Part shown: piece after piece, positions 53,995 to 64,000 of the stretch | How the letters are laid out: each line of letters begins with the position of its first letter | How positions within the stretch are numbered: position 1 is the stretch's first letter | DNA from: Eledone cirrhosa | Lineage: Eukaryota | Direction of reading: 5' to 3' | NCBI GenBank assembly: GCA_964016885.1 | Contig: OZ024746.1 | Location: forward strand, 14,260,001 to 14,324,000 | DNA length: 64,000 nt | Translations under genes and position numbers: made by a program | The notes under the pieces: generated by a model | Seen by the model: the letters and a program-made list of their open reading frames with translations, nothing else | The model's database searches: none | Told to the model about the DNA's origin: nothing

Positions 53995-55812
53995 TTTTCA
54001 ATAATAATAATAGTAGCCATAACGGTCTTATATGCATTGTCTCTTCTTGTATTTTGTTTTATTAATGCGGCTGAGAAGGAAAGAGTGGTGAAATGTCTAA
54101 AGTTCATAGAACACACACGATCCGATTTCTAATAATGGTTTTCCTAGTGACAGACACATTTCTACTTTTCTTGATATGTAGATATAGTAGATTGTTCGAT
54201 TGGGCGTCATGCATTCGATATTATCTAGTTTAATTTCTTCTTTTATTTTTGTGCGTGTCTAATGCTTTCTTAAAGATGTATCAACGGCAAAAAAATCATT
54301 TATGTATTATTCTTTCCATGAAAAATGTTCTTCAACTTCAAACGCTTCTATTATATAGAACAAAGGATTGTTTGATAGCGACCAAATTCTCCTTTCACTA
54401 CAGAATCCTTAATGATTTCTATGTTTAGTGTTCACTCTGTATATACTGTATTGTCTTTGTCTATACTAGACACATATTTCAGAGCGTAAAAACACAATAC
54501 AATATTTGTATTATCGAAAATCTCTAAACGATTTAATCTATTTGATATAAAACATGTTATGGTATATGATCCAAGGAATCCTCATGCTCATGAGCACCCT
54601 GCTTGCTAGAAATTACAACCATATCACCCCAATCACAACATGCTGTTTTAAATAAAGAAGGATACATTGGGTATTGTATTTCCTGATATACGAAACTATG
54701 AAATGATTATTGTTGAAAGGTATGTGGCCATAGATTTGCATTTTCTGGTATGAATCGGGGCTAAACATCAACAACTAAAATTCCAAAAATAATATTTTGG
54801 TCTGAGAAGTTCAGACAGGATGGAAATACAATATATTTTCCAATAGACAATATAAAGAAGGTTGAAATAACAAACCAACTGAAAACAAAGTATTGATTGC
54901 AAAACTCAGTGGAATGGTAACATAATCCACATCATTTGACAGAAGAGAAAAAGCACTGTACAGATATAGATCGTCTATAGAGTTTCTACATTTGAACTTT
55001 ACACGCACCCAGAAAGAAAAACAAACAAGTCATCTTATTAAAGGCAGATGCAAACATGGTATAAATTCCAGGAAATATCGATATCGAACATATAGGATAT
55101 AGACAACGTGCCTTATGAATTATTATCAGATTTCTGGAAGCAGTGATCCAAATGTCAACACAGGAAAACGATAGAACAATATAATGAAGGTATATTAGTT
55201 TAACGCTTGATAGAGTTGGAAAATTGTCTTGACATTTCAGACGCTAGTCTTTCATTGGAAAATAGAAAAAGACAGAAGAAATGATATTTGAGAGAAAGGA
55301 GAAAAAGATAAATGCAAAAACGAAAATGGGGATTTGGCTAGAGATGAGAAAAGGCATGTGTTGTTGTTAGTCAGCCATCTTTGAAAATGAAAAGTCAAAA
55401 TGAAATTAATTACAGTCCTGCAAAAAGTAGGAACAAATGACAAATTTTGTGATTTTTTTATATCTTTTCCACACAATGAATTTCTATATCCATAATATAA
55501 ATAAAAAATCCACCAAAAGGAATGGGAAATCCTCAATGACCTTAAACATTACAAATTTTTAGTGAATAGCTGTTAAAGGAGTTGATAAAAGATAATAGTT
55601 ACAGGGTTTGGACTTTAGAAACAGACTGTACATACTTTACTTCGAAACGACGACAGAATGAGCAACGTTTCCGTTTATGTTTATTAAAACGCATTCTATA
55701 TACATGTGCGTGTGTGTGTGTGTGTGTGTATGTATCTCTATGTGTGTATCTGTGTGTGTATCTATATGTATGCATGCATGTATGTATGTATGTATGTATG
55801 TATGTATGTATG

Positions 55813-55843
<31 letters not shown>

Positions 55844-55845
55844 GT

Positions 55846-56035
55846 ATAATCCAGCTCCTCACACATCTGCAGCAGGAGCATACCATTGTTGTTACACTTT
55901 CCCACCCCATGCCTTCCGATTACATTCCATGTGTTAAAATCCCTACCCACTCTAGCATTAAAGTCACCAAGCACGATGACTTTGTCTGCCTGAGGGATAT
56001 TTCTTAAAACACCTTTCAAGGCATGGTAAAAGGAC
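55846..56035 (-). pseudogene. Inverted APE endonuclease fragment of an RTE-clade LINE
   Basis: FYHALKGVLRNIPQADKVIVLGDFNARVGRD...IGRHGVGKCNNNGMLLLQMCEE is the classic RTE endonuclease GDFNARVG motif. Confidence 0.9.
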
Positions 56036-57703
56036 ATAGAGAAAACATCAGGACTGGTTTAATGAGAATGATGTACATATAGAAGACTTGTTGGCTGATA
56101 AGAGGCGTGCTCTGTCACGCTACTTGACAGCAAAACCACGGGAGAGGAATACGTCGCATGAGGAACTCAAGGATGTAAAATCACGTGTTAGGCGGAGTCT
56201 TTCTCAGATGAATGATCAGTGGTGGAGTGAGAAGGCTGGTGAGATACAAACTGCGTCAGATTCCAATAACACAAAGCTGTTGTACAGTCTCTTGCGTGAG
56301 GTTTATGGACCGTCTTCTTCTCTGGTGACACCGCTTCGCAGCAAGGATGGCAAAGAACTTCTTCGTGACTCACAAGGAATTCTACGAAGGTGGCGAGAGC
56401 TCTTTGATGATCTTTTGAATCAGCCGTCTGTCGTCAATGAAGATTTCCTCAATCTCATTCCAGAAAGTCCTGTGAAAGTAGCTCTCGCAGAACCTCCGAC
56501 GCTTGTGGAGGTTGCAGTGGCTATCTCGAAGCTGAAGAGTGGAAGGTCTCCAAGTATGAATGGCATATATGCTGAGCTCCTACAATATGGTGGTGAGAGA
56601 CTCCTGCAACATCTTCACTCTTTGTTTGGCAGGATATGGGCTAATGAATCCGTACCTGAGAACTGGAGAGATGCAGTAATGGTGGTCTTGTACAAGGGAA
56701 AGGGTAACAGGAACGATTGTGGGAACTACAGAGGTATATCATTGCTTTCTGTCGTAGGGAAAGTTTTATGTAGGGTGCTTCTGGACCGTCTGCTGACACA
56801 CATTGTAGATTGTGTTCTTCTGAAAGTCAATCTGGTTTTCGTGCTGGACGCGGCACTACTGATATGATCTTCTCAGCTAGACAGCTCCAGGAGAAGTGCA
56901 TGGAACAAGGTTTGGATCTGTATCAGGTTTTTGTCGATCTGACAAAAGCTTTCGATACTGTCAACAGAGAGGCATTATGGAAGGTTCTCCAGAAACTTGG
57001 TTGCCCTAAGTAACATGTCGGAGCCTATCTCAGTAAAAAATGTAATGAAACAGGGGGATATTCCAGCACCGACCCTGTTTGCCATATACTTAGCAATGGT
57101 TTTCTGTATTGCATTCAGGAATTGCGAGCATGGTGTTTACATCCGATATCGAACCTCAGGCAGCATATTTAACATCAGGCGCTTTGCTGCAAAGACAAAA
57201 GTATTTACATCAATCATAAGAGACCTCTTGTATGCAGATGATTGCGATCTTGTAGCGCACACAGAGAGTGATATGCAGCACATTTTGAATGTATTTTCTG
57301 ACGCTTGCACTGCCCTAGGATTGACTGTCAGTCTCAAGAAAACCGTCGTCATGTACCAACCTTCCCCTGGTAAGCAGTACATTGATCCAAATATATATGT
57401 GTATGGTAAACGACTCGGAGTGGTTGATCAGTTTGTCTACCTGGGAAGCACTGTCAATCGATACAGCAACCTTGATAGTGAAATCTCACTTAGGATTAGG
57501 AAAGCAAGTGATGCTTTCGGAAAGCTAGAAAGGCGACTCTGGGGTCGGCGAGACATATGCAAGAAGACAAAGGCATGTGTGCTCTTTTCTCTTCTTTATG
57601 CCTGCGAGACCTGGGTCACATATCGACACCACCTTAAGCAATTGGAGCGTTTCCATCAGATGTGTCTCAGACGGATCCATGGCGTTCACTGGAGTGACTT
57701 AGA
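56036..57703 (+). mobile_element. RTE-clade (BovB-like) LINE reverse transcriptase, frameshifted and internally deleted
   Basis: Motifs KGKGNRNDCGNYRGISLLSVVGK, ESQSGFRAGRGTTDMIFSARQLQEKC, FVDLTKAFDTVNR, KQGD..APTLF, LLYADD and FVYLGS are spread over three frames. Confidence 0.95.
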
Positions 57704-57864
57704 ACGGCTGTTACTTAAATATAAGTATGTACACGTACATACATATATGTATACAGACGTACAGTAGTATGTATATATATATACATACATGCACACATAT
57801 ATATATGTACGTATGGATATATATATATATATATATACTGTATATATATATTTATTATTATTAC

Positions 57865-57961
<97 letters not shown>

Positions 57962-57979
57962 ATATATATTTTTTTTTGT

Positions 57980-58440
57980 TCGTGCAATTGCCATACTCGA
58001 TAACGAGGGGGCAGCCATCATCATGTATGTAAGTATCTATGTATGCATGCATGTATGTATGTATGTATGTATGTATGTATGTATGTATGTATGTATGTAT
58101 GTATGTATGTATGTATATCGAAAACGAGTTGGCAGCCTGTATGTATATATATATGTTTATATCGGAGTTATCCCAGTTTCCTGAGGTGTCTTCTCCTGGA
58201 AGAATGCCCTGACAAAGGCTCAGTAGTTACCGATGATGTTGATCTTTTCTTCTTTTCGGGTTATAGCTACTGTCGCTCAGAGAGTGGGATTGGCTCAGTG
58301 CACAGTCTTACCTCACTTTAAAAAGAATCTTCACACACAGGCATTGCACGATAGAATTAATTAATAATTATTAATAATGTTATATCGTGCAATGGCCATA
58401 CTCGATAATGAGGGGGCAGCCATCATGTATGTATGTATGT
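57980..58440. mobile_element. Cluster of RTE 3'-tail fragments and an RTE-derived element piece among (ATGT)n
   Basis: gccatactcgataa.gagggggcagccatc(atgt)n at ~57990 and ~58395; aaaacgagttggcagcc at ~58121; 58170-58348 is homologous to 44100-44290. Confidence 0.7.
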
Positions 58441-58777
58441 GCTATATTACTGAAACTGTCTTCATTCATTAATTCAAGTTTCTCGGCGACATACAATTAT
58501 CGCATGATTTATCAACGAATAAATGATGTTTGATTTCAAGTAAGTAATGTTGCGAAATGAAATTCTAAAGAAAGAATGGATATTTGACAAACTTTTAATA
58601 ATCATGTACTGTTTAATGAACAGACACACAATGAATAAACACACAACAATATCGTTGATATTATAATTACTACTTAGTAGCTAAACTGCTCAGCTGGGCC
58701 CGCCACCATGTACAAAGTTACGATAAAATGTTCTAAAGTTTCCACACAAGTAGACCAAACGGTCATAACTAAGCGTG

Positions 58778-61700
58778 GTTTGATTACTGCACATGATAGA
58801 GGTTTTCTCTGCCATCTGTGTCCTATGTTTGATTACTGCACATGATAGAGGTTTTCTCTGCCATCTGTGTCCTATGTTTGATTACTGCACATGATAGAGG
58901 TTTTCTCTGCCATCTGTGTCCTATGTTTGATTACTGCACATGATAGAGGTTTTCTCTGCCATCTGTGTCCTATGTTTCATTACTGCACATGATATAGGTT
59001 TTCTGTGCCATCTGTGTCCTATGTTTGATTACTGCACATGATAGAGGTTTTCTCTGCCATCTGTGTCCTATGTTTGATTACTGCACATGATAGAGGTTTT
59101 CTCTGCCATCTGTGTCCTATGTTTGATTACTGCACATGATAGAGGTTTTCTCTGCCATCTGTGTCCTATTTCGATTACTGCACATGATAGAGGTTTTCTC
59201 TGCCATCTGTGTCCTATGTTTGATTACTGCACATGATAGAGGTTTTCTCTGCCATCTGTGTCCTATGTTTGATTACTGCACATGATATAGGTTTTCTGTG
59301 CCATCTGTGTCCTATGTTTGATTACTGCACATGATAGAGGTTTTCTCTGCCATCTGTGTCCTATGTTTGATTACTGCACATGATAGAGGTTTTCTCTGCC
59401 ATCTGTGTCCTATGTTTGATTACTGCACATGATAGAGGTTTTCTCTGCCATCTGTGTCCTATTTCGATTACTGCACATGATAGAGGTTTTCTCTGCCATC
59501 TGTGTCCTATGTTTGATTACTGCACATGATATAGGTTTTCTCTGCCATCTGTGTCCTATGTTTGATTACTGCACATGATAGAGGTTTTCTCTGCCATCTG
59601 TGTCCTATGTTTGATTACTGCACATGATAGAGGTTTTCTCTGCCATCTGTGTCCTATGTTTGATTACTGCACATGGTAGAGGTTTTCTCTGCCATCTGTG
59701 TCATATTTCGATTACTGCACATGATAGAAGTTTTCTCTGCCATCTGTGTCCTATGTTTGATTACTGCACATGATAGAGGTTTTCTCTGCCATCTGTGTCC
59801 TATTTCGATTACTGCACATGATAGAAGTTTTCTCTGCCATCTGTGTCCTATGTTTGATTACTGCACATGATAGAGGTTTTCTCTGCCATCTGTGTCCTAT
59901 TTCGATTACTGCACATGATAGAAGTTTTCTCTGCCATCTGTGTCCTATGTTTGATTACTGCACATGATAGAGGTTTTCTCTGCCATCTGTGTCCTATGTT
60001 TGATTACTGCACATGATAGAGGTTTTCTCTGCCATCTGTGTCCTATTTCGATTACTGCACATGATAGAGGTTTTCTCTGCCATCTGTGTCCTATGTTTGA
60101 TTACTGCACATGATAGAGGTTTTCTCTGCCATCTGTGTGCTATGTTTGATTACTGCACATGATAGAGGTTTTCTCTGCCATCTGTGTCCTATTTCGATTA
60201 CTGCACATGATAGAAGTTTTCTCTGCCATCTGTGTCCTATGTTTGATTACTGCACATGATAGAGGTTTTCTCTGCCATCTGTGTCCTATTTCGATTACTG
60301 CACATGATAGAAGTTTTCTCTGCCATCTGTGTCCTATGTTTGATTACTGCACATGATAGAGGTTTTCTCTGCCATCTGTGTGCTATGTTTGATTACTGCA
60401 CATGATAGAGGTTTTCTCTGCCATCTGTGTCCTATTTCGATTACTGCACATGATAGAAGTTTTCTCTGCCATCTGTGTCCTATGTTTGATTACTGCACAT
60501 GATAGAGGTTTTCTCTGCCATCTGTGTCCTATGTTTGATTACTGCACATGATAGAGGTTTTCTCTGCCGTCTGTGTCCTATGTTTGATTACTGCACATGA
60601 TAGAGGTTTTCTCTGCCGTCTGTGTCCTATGTTTGATTACTGCACATGATATAGGTTTTCTCTGCCATCTGTGTCCTATGTTTGATTACTGCACATGATA
60701 GAGGTTTTCTCTGCCGTCTGTGTCCTATGTTTGATTACTGCACATGATATAGGTTTTCTCTGCCGTCTGTGTCCTATGTTTGATTACTGCACATGATAGA
60801 GGTTTTCTCTGCCATCTGTGTCCTATGTTTGATTACTGCACATGATAGAGGTTTTCTCTGCCATCTGTGTCCTGTTTGATTACTGCACATGATATAGGTT
60901 TTCTCTGCCATCTGTGTCCTATGTTTGATTACTGCACATGATATAGGTTTTCTCTGCCATCTGTGTCCTATGTTTGATTACTGCACATGATAGAGGTTTT
61001 CTCTGCCATCTGTGTCCTATGTTTGATTACTGCACATGGTAGAGGTTTTCTCTGCCATCTGTGTCCTATTTCGATTACTGCACATGATAGAAGTTTTCTC
61101 TGCCATCTGTGTCCTATGTTTGATTACTGCACATGATATAGGTTTTCTCTGCCATCTGTGTCCTATTTCGATTACTGCACATGATAGAAGTTTTCTCTGC
61201 CATCTGTGTCCTATGTTTGATTACTGCACATGATAGAGGTTTTCTCTGCCATCTGTGTCCTATTTCGATTACTGCACATGATAGAAGTTTTCTCTGCCAT
61301 CTGTGTCCTATGTTTGATTACTGCACATGATAGAGGTTTTCTCTGCCATCTGTGTCCTATGTTTGATTACTGCACATGATAGAGGTTTTCTTTGCCATCT
61401 GTGTCCTATGTTTGATTACTGCACATGATAGAGGTTTTCTCTGCCATCTGTGTCCTATGTTTAATTACTGCACATGATAGAGGTTTTCTCTGCCATCTGT
61501 GTCCTATGTTTGATTACTGCACATGATAGAGGTTTTCTCTGGCATCTGTGTCCTATGTTTGATTACTGCACATGATAGAGGTTTTCTCTGCCATCTGTGT
61601 CCTATTTCGATTACTGCACATGATAGAAGTTTTCTCTGCCATCTGTGTCCTATGTTTGATTACTGCACATGATAGAGGTTTTCTCTGCCATCTGTGTCCT

Positions 61701-64000
61701 ATTTCGATTACTGCACATGATAGAAGTTTTCTCTGCCATCTGTGTCCTATGTTTGATTACTGCACATGATAGAGGTTTTCTCTGCCATCTGTGTCCTATG
61801 TTTGATTACTGCACATGATAGAGGTTTTCTCTGCCATCTGTGTCCTATTTCGATTACTGCACATGATAGAAGTTTTCTCTGCCATCTGTGTCCTATGTTT
61901 GATTACTGCACATGATAGAGGTTTTCTCTGCCATCTGTGTGCTATGTTTGATTACTGCACATGATAGAGGTTTTCTCTGCCATCTGTGTCCTATTTCGAT
62001 TACTGCACATGATAGAAGTTTTCTCTGCCATCTGTGTCCTATGTTTGATTACTGCACATGATAGAGGTTTTCTCTGCCATCTGTGTGCTATTTCGATTAC
62101 TGCACATGATAGAAGTTTTCTCTGCCATCTGTGTCCTATGTTTGATTACTGCACATGATAGAGGTTTTCTCTGCCATCTGTGTGCTATGTTTGATTACTG
62201 CACATGATAGAGGTTTTCTCTGCCATCTGTGTCCTATTTCGATTACTGCACATGATAGAAGTTTTCTCTGCCATCTGTGTCCTATGTTTGATTACTGCAC
62301 ATGATAGAGGTTTTCTCTGCCATCTGTGTCCTATGTTTGATTACTGCACATGATAGAGGTTTTCTCTGCCATCTGTGTCCTATGTTTGATTACTGCACAT
62401 GATAGAGGTTTTCTCTGCCATCTGTGTCCTATGTTTGATTACTGCACATGATAGAGGTTTTCTCTGCCATCTGTGTCCTATGTTTGATTACTGTACATGA
62501 TAGAGGTTTTCTCTGCCATCTGTGTCCTATTTCGATTACTGCACATGATATAGGTTTTCTCTGCCATCTGTGTCGTATGTTTGATTACTGCACATGATAG
62601 AGGTTTTCTCTGCCATCTGTGTCCTATTTCGATTACTGCACATGATAGAGGTTTTCTCTGCCATCTGTGTCCTATGTTTGATTACTGCACATGATATAGG
62701 TTTTCTCTGCCATCTGTGTCCTATGTTTGATTACTGCACATGATAGAGGTTTTCTCTGCCATCTGTGTCCTATGTTTGATTACTGCACATGATAGAGGTT
62801 TTCTCTGCCATCTGTGTCCTATTTCGATTACTGCACATGATAGAAGTTTTCTCTGCCATCTGTGTCCTATGTTTGATTACTGCACATGATATAGGTTTTC
62901 TCTGCCATCTGTGTCCTATTTCGATTACTGCACATGATAGAAGTTTTCTCTGCCATCTGTGTCCTATGTTTGATTACTGCACATGATAGAGGTTTTCTCT
63001 GCCATCTGTGTCCTATTTCGATTACTGCACATGATAGAAGTTTTCTCTGCCATCTGTGTCCTATGTTTGATTACTGCACATGATAGAGGTTTTCTCTGCC
63101 ATCTGTGTCCTATTTCGATTACTGCACATGATAGAGGTTTTCTCTGCCATCTGTGTCCTATGTTTGATTACTGCACATGATATAGGTTTTCTCTGCCGTC
63201 TGTGTCCTATGTTTGATTACTGCACATGATAGAGGTTTTCTCTGCCGTCTGTGTCCTATGTTTGATTACTGCACATGATATAGGTTTTCTCTGCCATCTG
63301 TGTCCTATGTTTGATTACTGCACATGATATAGGTTTTCTCTGCCATCTGTGTCCTATGTTTGATTACTGCACATGATATAGGTTTTCTCTGCCGTCTGTG
63401 TCCTATGTTTGATTACTGCACATGATAGAGGTTTTCTCTGCCGTCTGTGTCCTATGTTTGATTACTGCACATGATATAGGTTTTCTCTGCCATCTGTGTC
63501 CTATGTTTGATTACTGCACATGATAGAGGTTTTCTCTGCCGTCTGTGTCCTATGTTTGATTACTGCACATGATATAGGTTTTCTCTGCCGTCTGTGTCCT
63601 ATGTTTGATTACTGCACATGATAGAGGTTTTCTCTGCCATCTGTGTCCTGTTTGATTACTGCACATGATATAGGTTTTCTCTGCCATCTGTGTCCTATGT
63701 TTGATTACTGCACATGATATAGGTTTTCTCTGCCATCTGTGTCCTATGTTTGATTACTGCACATGATAGAGGTTTTCTCTGCCATCTGTGTCCTATGTTT
63801 GATTACTGCACATGGTAGAGGTTTTCTCTGCCATCTGTGTCCTATTTCGATTACTGCACATGATAGAAGTTTTCTCTGCCATCTGTGTCCTATGTTTGAT
63901 TACTGCACATGATATAGGTTTTCTCTGCCATCTGTGTCCTATTTCGATTACTGCACATGATAGAAGTTTTCTCTGCCATCTGTGTCCTATGTTTGATTAC
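58778..64000. repeat. 49/48-bp satellite array (>100 units, runs off the window end)
   Basis: Unit gtttgattactgcacatgatagaggttttctctgccatctgtgtcctat. A 48-bp variant (ttcgatt) is often followed by the gaagtttt variant, giving 97-bp dimers. Confidence 0.98.

Noticed and set aside
58778-64000. CRISPR-like array, repeated 65-aa ORFs, or an HHR-bearing satellite
   Set aside because: Units are contiguous with no unique spacers. The ORFs arise from 48/49-bp phase shifts. There is no CTGANGA core on either strand.

Overview
This is AT-rich eukaryotic, repeat-dominated DNA. I could not support any host protein-coding gene, and most ORF-track entries are translations of (AT)n, (GT)n, (ATGT)n or satellite DNA. 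The SINE families suggest an octopod cephalopod genome (inference). Recognisable content: two Penelope-like element (PLE) GIY-YIG 3' ends (3282-3644 minus; 47805-48044 plus, missed by the ORF track), a probable PLE DKG-motif remnant, a decayed RTE-clade LINE with an inverted endonuclease piece, an RTE-derived non-autonomous element, a CRE-type RLE remnant, a mariner fragment, about 14 tRNA-derived SINE copies, 26-bp and 38-bp minisatellites, and a 49/48-bp satellite of more than 5.2 kb with a 2776-bp higher-order duplication. The most striking signal is a dense set of hammerhead ribozyme (HHR) motifs: about 17 intact, partial or decayed copies from roughly 11 sequence-unrelated families. Nearly all lie in short inserts wedged into (TA)n microsatellites, and many occur as back-to-back inverted (fold-back) pairs. 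All RNA folds were deduced by eye, not computed, and coordinates may be off by a few bases.
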